A stretch of DNA of 64,000 nt from the human T2T-CHM13v2.0 reference genome, Homo sapiens: NCBI RefSeq assembly GCF_009914755.1, contig NC_060947.1, one strand, 5' to 3'. A program made the translations under genes and the position numbers. The notes under the pieces are model-generated. The model worked only from the letters and a program-made list of their open reading frames with translations. It did not search any database and was not told where the DNA came from. This document shows, piece by piece, positions 47,417 through 61,056 of this stretch. Position 1 is the first letter of the stretch. Each line of letters begins with the position of its first letter.

Positions 47417-48475
47417 TGTAAGGGTTGTTTTTATGTTTCAACTTGGCTAGGCAAACACCAGTATAGATGCTTTTGGTCAAACACCAGTCTAGATGTTGCT
47501 GTGAAAGTTTATTTTGAATGCAATTAACATTTAAATCAGTAGGCTTTCCTTGAATAAAGCAGATTCCCCTCCATAATGTGGGTGAGCCTCATCCAATCAG
47601 TCGAAGGCCTTAAGAGAAAAAGACTGAGGTCCCCCAAGAAAGTAGGAATTCTGCCTCCTAGCTGCCTTTGGACTTGAGCTGCAACATCATTTCTTCTCTG
47701 GGTTTCCAGCTGACCTGCACTTCAGATTTTTGACTTTCCAGCCCCCAAGGCCTTGCGTAAGTTAATTCCTTAAAATAAATCTCACTCTCTCTCTCTCTCA
47801 CATATACACGCATATATATACATATACATATCTACACACACACACATATATACACACATATACGTATGTGTGTGTATGTGTGTGTATATATATAGTTGTG
47901 TATATACCATGTGGTGTGTATGTTTGTGTGTGCATCTATATATGGGTTTACCCTTGAATAACATGGGTTTCGAGTGCACAGGTCCACTTATATAAGGATA
48001 AATTGACACCAATAAAATTTACACCAAGTGTGCCTGCCTCCCTTTCCACCTCCTCCACCTTTTCTACCTCTTTTACCCCTGAGACAGCAAAGTCAACTCC
48101 TCATCTTCCTCCTCCTTCTCAGCCTACTCAACATGAAGACAATAAGGATGAAAATCTTTATGACAATCCACTTCCACTTAATGAATAGTAAATTAATTTT
48201 ATCATCCATATGATTTCCTTAATAACATTTTCTTTTCTCTAGCTTACTTTGTTGTAAGAATACAGTATATAATATATATACAACCTATAAAGTATGTGTT
48301 AATTGACTGTTAATGTTAACCATAAACCTTCCAGTCAACAGTAGGCTATTGGTAATTAAGTTGTTGAGGAGTCAAAAGTTATACATGGATTTCTGACTAT
48401 ATGCAGGGTCAGCGCCCCTAACTGCATCATTGTTCAAAGGTCAACTACATACACACATATGTGTATATACACATA

Positions 48476-48520
<45 letters not shown>

Positions 48521-48563
48521 TTTCCTATTGGTTCTGTTTCTCTGGAGAATCCTGACTAATAAA
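47417..48563 (+). mobile_element. MLT2-type ERVL solo LTR containing Tigger2 and microsatellites
   Basis: tcaacttggctagg...ctcatccaatcagtcgaaggcctt...cctattggttctgtttctctggagaatcctgactaata; perfect 5-bp TSD ACCTC (47412-47416 / 48564-48568). Confidence 0.9.
47943..48447 (+). mobile_element. Tigger2a/b-like DNA transposon derivative
   Basis: Decayed TIRs (t)acccttgaataac / ttgttcaaaggtcaact; ctcagcctactcaacatgaagac; sits in the TA/CA microsatellite of MLT2. Confidence 0.85.
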
Positions 48564-51500
48564 ACCTCCCAAATAAACTACTTGTATCTGAATCCTTGTC
48601 AGGCTCTGCTGCTAGGGGAGCTGAACTAAGACATCATCTTATAGATGAAGATTCAGATTCCACAGCAGAGAACAGGTAGGTGACTTGCTGAGGTCACAAG
48701 ACTACTTAGATGTAAACCTCAGACTAGAAACCCTATCTCTTGACCTGCACTGCTTCCACCTATAAAGATCAGGCCAACACTTGCCTACTGATCCCCCACC
48801 CGGGTCCATGACAGCCTTTGTGGATTGGCCTTTTCCTCTGGGCCCAGTTGCATCCTCTGAATACACTCTCAGCAGTCTTTTGCAGTCAACAGGGCTTGGC
48901 ATGCAAGAAGAAATCTACTTGCCATCCCTCTTCTGGACTGTATTCCAGTCCAGACTGAATTCAATTATGCTTTCCAAGCCTGCTCCACCTTATCCTACCC
49001 CACACATACTTACATGCTGATTGAAGCCTATTCCATTTCCTGATAGAGGTCCCCTCCCCAGCCCCATCAAAAATAAATAAATAAAACCCACACACATCAA
49101 AGGGACTGGAGCTTGAAATTAAGTATCACTCCTAGAGCCCAGATCTGATCAGCTGAGGATCTTGCCCCAGGCTCCTTTGAAGCCTTTCAGCCTAGTGTGT
49201 GCACGGCCAAGAGTAGGTGGTACTCTGTGTTGATGGATTAAGAAAATGAGCAAATGAATGAATGTACATCTTTAGGTAAAGTGAATTATTTTGAAGTCTC
49301 TTATTCCAGTGGCCTTTAGGGGAACTGGCCAAGAAAAGAACAAAAAAATCACAATACTGGTTATTCCTGAGTCCTCACACGTGAGCTCCGAGCTCATTCT
49401 AATATTTGCCAAAGTGCTTACAGATGCTGCAACTTCTCTTGTTACAGAATCTAACTAAAGCCATTGATTTAGGAAAGTGGATTGGCAAGATAAACTTGGC
49501 AAAGATGGCAAACCCTAGCAGGTTAGTAGCAGCAAAACTAGCTGGTGCAGGGACTTCTGGCCCAGTCAGGTTTCTTTGCACTGTCTCCTGGGACAAAGCT
49601 GTCTACAATGGTCTGGGCAGCTCCTAGAAAAAAGAGCCTTGGACAGGGTCTGCATTTAGCCTTAGCAAAAGTGTACCCCTATCCCCATGAATGCTGCAGC
49701 TCGGCAGCATACACAGCTGCAGCCCATCAAAAGAAGGATGAAAACCAAAGGGGCCTGGGCTGCATGTTGAGTGGGAAATGATGACAGAGACAGTGGAGCC
49801 TTCAACAGAGGAAACATTTTAGGAAACAAGTCTTGGCCTCTGCTCCCTCACCCCCACCTTTGACCCATCATCCTGTGAGAAGAGTGGCTCAGGGCCAGCT
49901 GGGGAAGCAAGGATGCTGGGAACTAGGAAATCTGAGTCCGGTTTTTCTTCTACATGAGTACGGACAGTTTGCCAAGGTCACTCAGATGGGGTCATTAACT
50001 GTGAATCAAAAGTCGTCTGGGCCAGGGATGAGGGGACCGGATTCCTAGTGTCAACATCACCACTAACCCCTAAGTGCCTCACCCAAGGTCAAGGGCTGTC
50101 CAAATGCATGACAATATTGCTGTAGTATAACCGTTCTAATACCTTGAGTTTAGTCTGAACAGTTCACATAGTCTGATCATATCCTAAAAACAACTCAGTG
50201 AGATAGATAGTACTATCATGCCCTTTTACACATGAGGAAACTAATTAAGGCTCAGAGAGGTTCATGCGCTTACCCAAAGCCACACGGCCAGTCAGGGTTG
50301 GAGTCAGAATTCACACTCCAAATTCAGGGCACATTCTCATATGCCACCGTTTCTCTCACGAGCTTTCAAATAAACATTAAAAAGTGATGAAATACATATT
50401 TTTCACACATTTGTCAGGACCTATTCTAAGTGTTGAGAATACAGTGGTAAGTAAGATGCCACAAGGTCCTTGCTCTCTGGACTTGACATTCTAGCAGGGA
50501 AGTGTACAATGACCCATTAACAAGAACAGAACTCAAGTTCAGAAAACGGTGGATGCTATGAAGGAAATGAAGCAAGGTAATCAGAGGGAGATGTGGCAGG
50601 TCTAAAGACTTGATGGCCAGGGAATGAGGCAGATGGTGCTTTCCACAACCCAGCATCTTTGGAGGAAATCCTGCTCCCCTGGCCGCTGAAGGTGATAACC
50701 TGTGGGGTGATCCCACATCTGCATACCTTCTGCCAGGAAGTGTTCCCCAGGCCTGGTCCTCATCATCCTGGAAGTGGCTGTCAAGCTACAGGCTGCCCTG
50801 GTACCACATAAGTCTGGGATTCTCTGCCCCTGAGGATGTCAGGAAATATATATGTGTATGAGGTTGGAGGTGGAAGATCCTTCAAAGCCTAGTGTCTACA
50901 AAAAGAAGGAAAGTAAATGCATAAGATGTATATTGCTGCTCACAATGAACACAGCTCCTATGTCCAGAACAGCTGGCTTCTTACAGGACTGTAGAGTATG
51001 ACAGCTGGGAAGGATGGCCCCTAGATGGGAAGACCCAAGCCCAGAAAGGAGACTTATCCAGGGTCACCCACATGGCAGGGTCAGGATCAGGGTCACTTTC
51101 AGGTGGATCACACCCTTCTCCACGGCTCATGAACAAGGAAAAAGAGGAGAAGGCACACTTATGGAACAGATGCCAGACACTGCTCAGGCATCGTATGTTC
51201 TCAATACCCGCTCACTGAGGGCTCAAAAACCCACTCAAGAGGAGCACCTACTTTCCCCAATCCACTGAACAAACAGACCCAGAGAAGGGAAGTGGCTTGC
51301 ACAATGTTGTCCAGCTCTCAAGTGGCAGAACAGGATCAATCTGGGGCCACGAGGGCTCTTCCCTTGCTGTTGCTCTTGAGATCCCCCGGCATTTTTTTCT
51401 GGGCTTCCTGAATTGCCAAGCAGACCCCCAAAAGGGAGCCAGAGATTGGAGGCTCTTCAGTTGCTCTTGTTTATCCACCAAGCCATAAAATACAAATTCC

Positions 51501-52192
51501 AGGGATGCAGGTCACCACCGACTCATGGAGAGCTCCACCCAGAGTGGAGAGCCTTGTGAGGAGTTGGGGGAGGTGAACATTAATATGTTGGGACCTCGGG
51601 AACTTAAGGAGCCCCAGGTCCGAAATGCTTGTTGTGCCACCTATGATACAATGAAAATCCCCCTCTGCTGCCCTCCACTTCCTTCTCTGGCTGCCCAGAA
51701 TGAAGTCTACTGATGGCCCAGTAGTCTATGAAGTCTACCTGCAGACCCAGGTTCACTCTGGGACCTGGGGTGATCACACCAGGGGCAAGGCCTACATCAG
51801 CGCAGTGTGTGTGTGCTCGACCTTCCAGAACCAGGGCATGATGGCGCTTGGTTGAACTCAATAGAACTGAACTCTGCCTTTCAGTGAAGCTTGGACTAAT
51901 GCTACTCGAAGCTCGTGTGCCTATGTAGGTATTAGGGTGAAGGCAATAACCAAAACGTGAAAAATGGAACATTACCTCCAGTTACTGTACAGATCTCTTC
52001 CTCTGAGACCCCTTCCCAACAGGCAGGTCTAAGAGCCTATTTGTTCTCTGTGAGAACATGTGACACATATTACCGCCCACATTGGAATAGAACTCTGTGC
52101 TCAGCTTCAGTTCTGACCACTTCCCAGCTCTGAGTGCCCTCAGGGCACCAGGGTACCTCCTTGCTACCTCACCGGAGTCACCCTTTCTGTGA

Positions 52193-52382
52193 AGGGAGGC
52201 CAGATTTTACGGATAAAAACACAGGACTCCCAATTAAATTTGAATTTGAGATAAACAATGAATAATTATGTCGTATAAATATGATCCATGTACTACGTGG
52301 GACATACTTATATTAAGCAATTATTTATTGTTCATCTGAAATTCATATTTAACTGGGCATCCTGCATTTTATCCAGCAGCTG
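52193..52382. mobile_element. MER53 palindromic hAT MITE
   Basis: ccaattaaatttgaatttgagataaacaatgaataatt...aattatttattgttcatctgaaattcatatttaactgg, self-complementary. Confidence 0.9.
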
Positions 52383-52720
52383 CATTCCTGCGGCCCACGT
52401 GGTGGTTGGCACCTGCCGCCAATACTGCTTGATAGAGAAAATAGCATAATATTTTGCAATAGTATTTGGGGATGAATACTATAGGCTGCAAGGGTAACAT
52501 TTGTGCATTTGTGTCGTTTTTGGAAGACGTTTCCATCATGTATAAAGCCTGTGCCTCGTGGATTGCAAATGAGACCCAGTTCCGGGGGGGGTGGGAATGA
52601 GAAAGCAGTTAGAAAAGAACCCCAGGGGATCTGAGACCCGAGCTTCATCTGCCGAGTATTTTATTCTCGTTAATTCATAACAGTGTCTTTAAAATCCTGG
52701 ACTAGAATTTGAGAACAGTC

Positions 52721-52970
52721 AGTGTGTGCGACAGTCATTACTCCTTGGAGACTCCCACTCCGCCAGCCGGGCGCCCTTCGTGCGTTCTTGGTGCCACAGC
52801 GGCCTCCAGTGGTTCTCTGAGGAACCACACGCTGTCTCCACCGCCAGGCTCCAGCTTGTCCCTAAAGCCAGGGCGGAAGGCGGCGGCGCCCTGTGGCTGC
52901 CCAGGGGCCTGGGCTGTGTGGCCGGATCAGAGCTGTAAGGCACAAATCCAAGTGCGCGCCGCCGTGGAAA
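52721..52970. promoter_or_regulatory. Small non-repeat CpG-rich element (candidate enhancer, CTCF site or promoter)
   Basis: 18 CpGs counted in 250 bp against a CpG-poor background; GGGCGG overlapping CGGAAG at 52871-52879; partial CTCF-like matches on the minus strand. Confidence 0.55.
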
Positions 52971-53840
52971 CAAAGCCCTTCCCTGTTGCTGTGAAGCTCA
53001 GACCAGACAGGGTTCTATTTCATCTTCCACGCCAACGTGTAACGTATCTGCTGACCCAATTTTACAGATGTTCTCTTCAAAACGGACTCGGCTTTGTGAA
53101 TATTTTTCTCTATCAAGCTGTGGTGATAGAAATGTCAAAAAGCAGGTTGGGGGGGGCTTGAAATAGAATGAGACACTGTTCTGCTCAGAATTGATTCTTA
53201 TTCTATCAATTGGTTGGACTGGAATGAATAGTGGGAAAGGTAAAACCACTGGAATTAGGACCCCCTACCCCTGCCCAGTGCCTCTTACCGCCAACCTAGC
53301 AACAGCCTCGCTTCATTTCCTAGAAAGGGCGGCACCAGCGATCCATTATTGAAAACACGCGACTCCCATAACCTTGTTCATTTTCATATGTGTAGCTCAG
53401 GGCAAGAGGTTCTCTGCTACGGCTTCCCTTTGATTTGAAAGCAATACAAAGAATAAAGGAAAATCAAAACTGTGGCCATAGCAAGGCTGACGCTTGATCC
53501 TTCCACACACATGTGTGCCCCCCAGTTACTACAAAGGCAATTTTCCAAACGGGTGGTCGCCAGCCTTCTTCCTTTCACAAAGTGATTTTCTGGCGGTTTC
53601 ATAGCTTTGAGGTGGCTCCTTTGCACATCATTTCAGCTGAAATCTACTCCCTGGATCGGGAGACCCAAGAAGAGAAACCTTGTGGAAACAGCAGTCCTTG
53701 CAGAAGACTGGACTTGGAGGTGGGCTGAAAATAGACTTGGTGGACTTGGATCTGAGGCTGCTTCCACTTGGCTAGCTGTGTCTCCTTGGTGGAGCTGCTT
53801 GCCTCCTCTGGGCTTTAAGCTCCCACCTCAGAATAAGGAG

Positions 53841-53975
53841 CTGCAGTGGTGCATGCCTGTAGTCCCAGCGACTTGGGAGGCTGAGGTAGGAGAATCGCTT
53901 GAGCCCAGGAAATCGAGGCTAGCCTGGGCAACATAGGGAGATCCTGTCTCTAAAAAAGCAAAAGGAAAATAAACA
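53841..53975 (+). mobile_element. FLAM_A-like Alu monomer
   Basis: gtggtgcatgcctgtagtcccagc...tcgaggctagcctgggcaacatag; TSD AATAAGGAG (53832-53840 / 53976-53984). Confidence 0.85.
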
Positions 53976-55037
53976 AATAAGGAGGTGGATGAGTGTCCTT
54001 CCAACTCCCAGTCTCTGATTCAAGCTACGGTACCTTTGGTCTTTCTCAAACTCTTTAAAGACAATTATTTTCATTCATTCATTTAGCAAACATGTAAGTG
54101 CCTAAATTTGCCAGGCCCTAGGTTAGAGGCTTAGTCTAGAAAAATGAATAAGAAATGTCCCCTTCCTTAGAAATAGGTCATTGCAAAGCAACGTAAGAAG
54201 TACTAGAGGGAAGATAGGAACTCAGGTTCTGTGCACTCTGCTGATGGGAGTGTGAATTTGTGCTACCTCTCTGGAGGAAATTTGGCACTAACTTCCAGAT
54301 TTTCAAATGCAGACACTTCATCAATCAGGAGCCCTGGTTGTTTTACTGACTAGTTAATTTAAGCAGAAAAAAAGGTTTTTTTCTTTTTTGTCTGTTTGTT
54401 TTTGAAAGGCTTGAGTAGCTCATAGAATCCCAGAGAAGGCCAAAGTCTCAAACCTAAAAAACAGGTAAGGACAAAGGTGACCAGGCAAGCTGCCATAACC
54501 ACACAAAAACAGTTTGGTAACCATAGTGACACTACCAGTGCTGGACACTGGTGGTTAACATCACCACAGAGCCTTCCTCTGGGGGAAGATGAATTCACAC
54601 TGGTTCCTGCTTTACCAACTCAAGGAGGAAAGCATCTTGCTGAGTTGAGTCAAAGTCATATGCCTGCTCTCTAGCCACAAGGAAGTCATGGGAAAATGAG
54701 CTCCTGGCACTTTGCACCTCTGCAGTGGCAAGAGGGCTCTCCCTGCCTGCCACTCAAAATAATTGAGTGCAGAATTTCCCAAGTAGAGAAAGGCACTTAG
54801 GATGCTGGTGTCCAACATCATGTCAAATGTCCTCTACACATGCTTTTGACCCAAGAATTCTATTTCTACAATTTTATCCTTTAGAGATACATTAATACAC
54901 AAGTGCACAAAGATGGCTGCATGGTGATGTTCTCTGCATCATAGTTTGTAATAGAAATGACACTGGAAACAACCTAAAGAGTCAGCAATAGGAGCTTAGG
55001 GAAATGACAGAAAACAATGCGGCCATTATGAACACTG

Positions 55038-55640
55038 TATTCATTCATTCCACAAACATTTGTTGTGGGTGTTACTGTGTACTGGGCACTAGGAGGCAAT
55101 GATGCAAAAATAGACACTCTCTACCCCCATGGAGCTTTCTGGGGAAACAGATACAAATGAAATAATTACACAAACCAGTGAAAAAGTACAACCAAGCTGA
55201 GGACTATGAAGAAGTAGTATGTGTGTGATGCAAGCTGCTATGCAACCTAGTCAAAGGCATCAGGGAAGAATGCCCTTGGAAAGGAAGGGTTAAGTTGGCC
55301 ATGAAGATGGAGTAGGAGTTAAAACAAGGAGGTGTGGCAGGTCAGCAGGGGGCAAACCATGAATGGTCTACACAAAGGGCAGGTTCAGGTGTTTTCTGCT
55401 TGTCCACGTAGTAATGGGAAGCCATTGGGAGGGAGGGAGAGCAGGGAGGTACAAGCGGTAGGCAGAGACACAATCAGGTTTGCATTTTGCAAAGATCATA
55501 TTCAGAACTGTGTGAACTTGTTTGCAGTGTAGCAAGAGTAGGAGATCAGTTAGGAAGTGGTTCCATGTCCAAGTGATAGGAGATGGCTTCAGAATGGTAC
55601 CCGGTGGAGGTAGAAACCTGGATGGATACACTGATACACA
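55038..55640 (-). mobile_element. L2 fragment
   Basis: attcattcattccacaaacattt...ccccatggagcttt...aatgggaagccattgg...agttaggaag. Confidence 0.7.
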
Positions 55641-56535
55641 AAGTATCAGTGGATGCATGTATCAGATGGATACATGGATACACAAAGAGGTAAAATCCAC
55701 AAGGCCTGGTGATGGATGTCTCTATTCCATAGAGTTTCTGGGCTATCCAGGGCACTCTGTGAGCAAACAGAGTCATGAAACTCAAGGCTAGGAAAAGCAG
55801 CATCCTCAGTATTATCTTTTGTGGAAACACTCACATTTATTAGACGTCATGGGAGAGGAAGGAAACTCAGAGGTTTCTAGTTTTGTCCTCCAGGAAATGG
55901 CCTCACATGTTTATATGGAAATTCTTCCAATTTGTGTGTCACAGAAATTTGGAATTGGGGAAGCCCTTAGAAATCACACAGTGTGAAAAGCAGACTAGAG
56001 GTGCCATGCCACCACACACCCAGGTTGTAAAACAGGATGTAGAAAAACCAATAGGAGATAGAGTATGAACCATTTTTTTATATATGTATTATTCAGGGGA
56101 AGGACTATGCCAAGTAAACAGTGGTGTTAGATTATTTTCTTTGCTTTTGTATATTTTTCTAATTTTTCTGTGATGAATATGTAATAATTTTTCAACTGAG
56201 AAAAAATGCAATATTATTTTTTAAAAGAAATCACCTATTTAACATCTTTTCTATGGGTGAGGAAACTCAGATGGGAGGGTCTCTCCACTGAACAGGAAGA
56301 AAGAGAAATCCAATCTACTACTACTACATGAAATGGTTTGTTATTAAATCATCTTGATTTGAAAGCTCCTTGCAATCTTTAAAAATGTATTCAAGGCTAT
56401 ATGCAAAGGGCCAATCACCTGATATAGTCAGCATGCTATTTTAATAATTGAGCATGCATTCTCCAATCATAGAAGTCTCAGAGAAAGAGGGGATTTTAGT
56501 AGTTTTTCTTTTTGTAGCAAATGTTTGCCTATGTT

Positions 56536-56748
56536 AGAGTTTCTCAGCCTTGGAACTATTGCCATTTGGGCCAGATAGTTCTTTATTGTTCTGGGGGAGG
56601 GGGTGCTGTCTGTGTGTGATTCCTATCATCCCTGGCCTCTACACACTAGATGCTAGTAGCAGCCTTTCCCCAGTTGTGATAACCAAATATGACCCTAGAC
56701 ACTGACAAATGTCCCAAGAGGAGAACTGCTCTCTATTGAGAACCTCTT
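56536..56748 (+). mobile_element. MER20 hAT-Charlie element
   Basis: tttctcagccttggaactattgccatttgggccagatagttcttt...atccctggcctctac...ttgagaacc. Confidence 0.85.
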
Positions 56749-56830
56749 GCCTACGTGATGCTTACATAGCTCAGATGACAGCTCACCACACTTAGGAGCA
56801 GGCTCCTTCAATGGTAAGCTGCTATGTTAG

Positions 56831-57266
<436 letters not shown>

Positions 57267-57829
57267 TGATGGTTCTTCAGAAATTTCAAGATAGTGCCAT
57301 GCTCTCCCCCCAACCCCCTACTTTTACCCACCCGAGTCTTTTCTCTCCCCATTTGAACACTTCTTCAACTGTTCCTCACATGATATGCTGGGTCTCACCC
57401 ATCTTAGGGCTGTCCTCTGAACAGGCTCCAGTTTGTCCACATTTCCATGACAGCTCCATGTTCGCAACTAAACACAATTCTCCAGGTGCTGGCTGACCGT
57501 GACACGTAGGCAGAGCAGCTTACCTCCTCCTTCCTCCTGGATATCCATTTATGTAGCCTGAGATGCCTTTCACTTCCTGGCAGCCACATCACACCGCATC
57601 CCCATTCTGAGCTGTTGGCCACAATGTAAAAGGGTTGCATGTGCAATACTGCTCCCTTGGGTCACCCCTCACTAGCACCTTGGTTCTGGGGCCTTCCTGT
57701 TAGGTCTCCATTTATCCTTTTCAAACTTCAGCAGTTTCCAAGAACTGGTAGGCATGCTTGCCTCTGAGGATAATAGGGTAGCTGGGAACAGCATGGAAGA
57801 GGAAATGACTCTTCATTGTATACATGTTT

Positions 57830-58078
57830 GTGCCTTTGTTTGAGACAAGGTCCCACTCTGTCACTCAGGCCAGAGCGCAGTGACATGATCAGAGCTCACT
57901 GCAGTCTTGAACTCCCAGGCTTAAGTGATCCTCCTGCCTGTGCCTCCCGAGTAGCTGGGACTAGAGGTGCCATGCCACCACACCCAGCTAATTTCTTTAA
58001 AAATTTGTGTAAAGATGGGTGTCTTGTTATGTTGCCCTGGCTAGTCTTGAGCTTCTGGCCTCAAGCAATCCTCCCTCA
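57830..58078 (-). mobile_element. AluJ-family SINE, 5'-truncated
   Basis: gatcagagctcactgcagtcttgaactcccaggcttaagtgatcctcc; gcctcaagcaatcctcc. Confidence 0.85.
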
Positions 58079-59999
58079 TGTTTGTGCCTTTTAAACTTCG
58101 CACCATACATAATAAACAAGCCAGTAAATGAATACATTGAAGTTACTTCAGCTGCTGAGATTTACTCAATCCTTCCAGCCTGCCTTTATCTATTTGGAAA
58201 TGTATGTCTTCCAATGTCCTCACCAATATAAGAAGCACTGCCTTCCGAATTTTTAGTCGAAACCAGTAGGATAGGTAGAAAAAGATAAACTAAGGCTCAT
58301 GAAGACACTAAGCCAAGACCACTAAACAGGCAAATTTCCAGTTGGAACCCCAAGAACCCACTAATTTGCTTCCTTTACCTTGTTGCTATTGCATATATGG
58401 TTTCCCTAAGCCTACCTAATTGGTCAGCCCACTTCCTCTTTCTTTCTGGGGAGTCTCTGTACTGTAACTGCAGGGCAAGCTGAGAGACATACCACTGCCC
58501 AGAAAAGTGTGTCTATGGTCAAGTGCAACTCACCATCTACCCTCAAGAATTCAACTCCCTAACAAAACCCACACCACAGCTGCCTTGGCCCTCACATGGG
58601 GAGGAACAGGTTGGATACTTTAAGGGGGCACACCTGTACCACGGTATCAAGCTCTGTTAAATGGCTCCTTTTATTTTAAGGCAGCACCAAGCGGTCCCAA
58701 ACCAGCAGCAAGAATTGCACACACGATAATGGCAAATTTAATGTGATTTATTCATATAATAACTCATGCTGCACTTAACACAATACAAAAGTATGTTTTT
58801 CAATAGTGTAGAAGATGTGAATTCATAAAAGCTGTAAGTTAATGAGTACTGAATAAAAATCACCTGCAAAAGGTTCTTTCAGAAACACACCCAAAACTAC
58901 AATAAATTAGGGCAAGGGGTTTGTAAATGGCAGCTTCAGTCCTACTCCAAACCTTCTCACCCATATAAATCATAGTCCCTGACTTTTATAGAGGAAAAAC
59001 CAAAAGCAGTTAACCCCTGGCCTTTGCTCCTCTCCTTGTCCACGTCCCAACTCTTGTTTCCTAGCATGTGCTGAATACACTACTAGACCTTGAGCTTTTG
59101 TTCCTCATTGGCAGTGGGAGCCCTCTTGCCTGGGCCGTCACATTACTCAGAGCCAAGTACCTGAGGGTTGGCTCCCAGCCACCTCATCTGGAACCAACTT
59201 GTCGGTTTGTTCTCTCCCACCCAAACTCTTCCCCCATCAGAGGATAAGGACTATCACCTAGAATCCAGAATCAAACAAGGGCATCCTTTGGTGATTAGCA
59301 CCATACATGACAGTGATGTCAGGCAGGGCATGGAGTAATAGCCGGGAAACTCTGATCCCAAAGAAAACCCTTGAGTGTGGGCTCCCCACAACAGACTGTG
59401 TTTTATCAGACACTCAGAGGAAAGTGGCATCTGTCCCATCAGGTGAGTTAGTGGACAGGGACACCAACGGGAGCTTTCAGTAACATGTGGAAAGGCAAGA
59501 CCCAAGAGCAGTGAGGGCTCTTGGCCATTATGGCCAAACGATTGGTGATGTGAAGGCAACAACTGACAGTCCTCTCTGCTTGAAGTTCTCATGTGCAGAA
59601 GAGAGAAACTGTCCTGAAGTACCAGGGGACCACTGAGTGCAGTGGGGCTGATGGCAGGTTCCACCACAACGGGCTATGCCTAAGGCCCCAAGGGACACCC
59701 TGGGTTCTACTTTAATCCCAGATCCCAGGCCAGAATTCAAGAGATTCCTCTGAAGAGCTATAACCTGCAGGATGGACTTGGGAAAGGAAAAGGGGCTGAG
59801 CCTCTATTTGGGAGTTTATACCCAAAGCGCTTCACACAGTAAGGTATGGACAGCTTGGGAACCTGACAGGCGGCAAAAGATTGGGCAGAGAGGGAAGAGT
59901 CAGTTTCCCTCTGTAGCTAGGGTGAGGCTGCTCCAGAGTCACTTGGTTACCTCCCAGCACAAACCCCAACATCTTAAGTGATTAAAGATTAATGTAGGT

Positions 60000-60160
60000 T
60001 GGGTGTATACCCAAAACAATTAAGAGCAGGGACTCGAACAGATATTTGTACATCCTTGTTGACAGCAACATTATTGCAATGGCCAAAAGGTAGAAATGAC
60101 CCAAGTGGTCACTGGTGGATGAATGGATAAGCGGAACGTGGTACATACATTTCAGTCCAA
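60000..60160 (+). mobile_element. L1MB-like 3' fragment
   Basis: atacccaaaacaattaagagcagggactcgaacagatatttgtacatcc...ggatgaatggataa. Confidence 0.7.
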
Positions 60161-60751
60161 AAAAAAAAATTAATGAAGCAGGGCTGTGCAGCCATTACAG
60201 CTGTTAATCAAGAACTGTCAATGACATAAAAAACCAAGCTAACATTGTGTTAGATCAAAAAAACAAGATATAGATTATATGTGGTAGTCTGCATGTATGT
60301 AAAGCTAAATATGTCCATATCTGCATATATGTCTTTAGGCAGGTAAAAGAATGAAAGGAAATATACAAATGTCAGCAGTGGGTATGTCTCAAATGCTGGG
60401 CTTCTTTTCATCTCCAGTTTTCACATGTTCCAGATTTTATGCAATGAGCATATATTACTCTGATAATGGGGTGGAGAGACACAGTAAGCATAAAACCAAA
60501 CCCCAAACAATGCAAAGGAAAATGAATATTTATTCAATGTCCAGATTGGGGAGGGGTCTGTGTGTTTAACAGGAAAAGATACAGAAAAAAACCTATCACA
60601 CAGGAAAAGATAAATATGTTTGATTATTTTAAAAGGTGAAACCCATAACCAAAATTTAAAGGCAAATTCACACAAGTGGAAATACAGATGCCCAACTATC
60701 GTACAAAGAGAACCATGATCAAGGTCACTAACAAGCAAAGAATTTTAAGTT

Positions 60752-61056
60752 TTTTTTGTTTTTTGTTGTTTTTTATTTGAGACGGAGTCTCGCTCTGTCA
60801 CCCAGGCTGGAGTGCAGTGGCACGATCTTGGCTCACTGCAACCTCCGCCTCCTGGGTTCAAGCAATTCTCTGCCTCAGCCTCCCAAGTAGCTGGGATTAC
60901 AGGCGCCCACCACCACGCCCGGCTAATTTTTGTATTTTTAGTAGAGACGGGATTTCACCATCTTGGCCAGGCTGGTCTTGAACTCCTGACCTCGTGATCC
61001 ACCCGCCTCAGCCTCCCAAAGTGCTGGGATTACAGGCGTGAGCCACCGCGCCCGGC
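60752..61056 (-). mobile_element. AluSg-like SINE
   Basis: Dimeric Alu with ctcctgacctcgtgatcc; TSD AAGAATT--AAGTT at 60738-60751 / 61057-61070. Confidence 0.95.

Larger units (their letters stand above)
46600..48632 (+). mobile_element. LTR16-like ERVL solo LTR split by THE1 and MLT2 insertions
   Basis: Pieces ~46600-46882, 47279-47416 and 48564-48632 join to give ...cacctcccaaataaactacttg...aactaagaca. Confidence 0.72.

Noticed and set aside
52709-53161. 150-aa ORF over the CpG-rich element
   Set aside because: TTG start, no recognisable homology; explained by GC content
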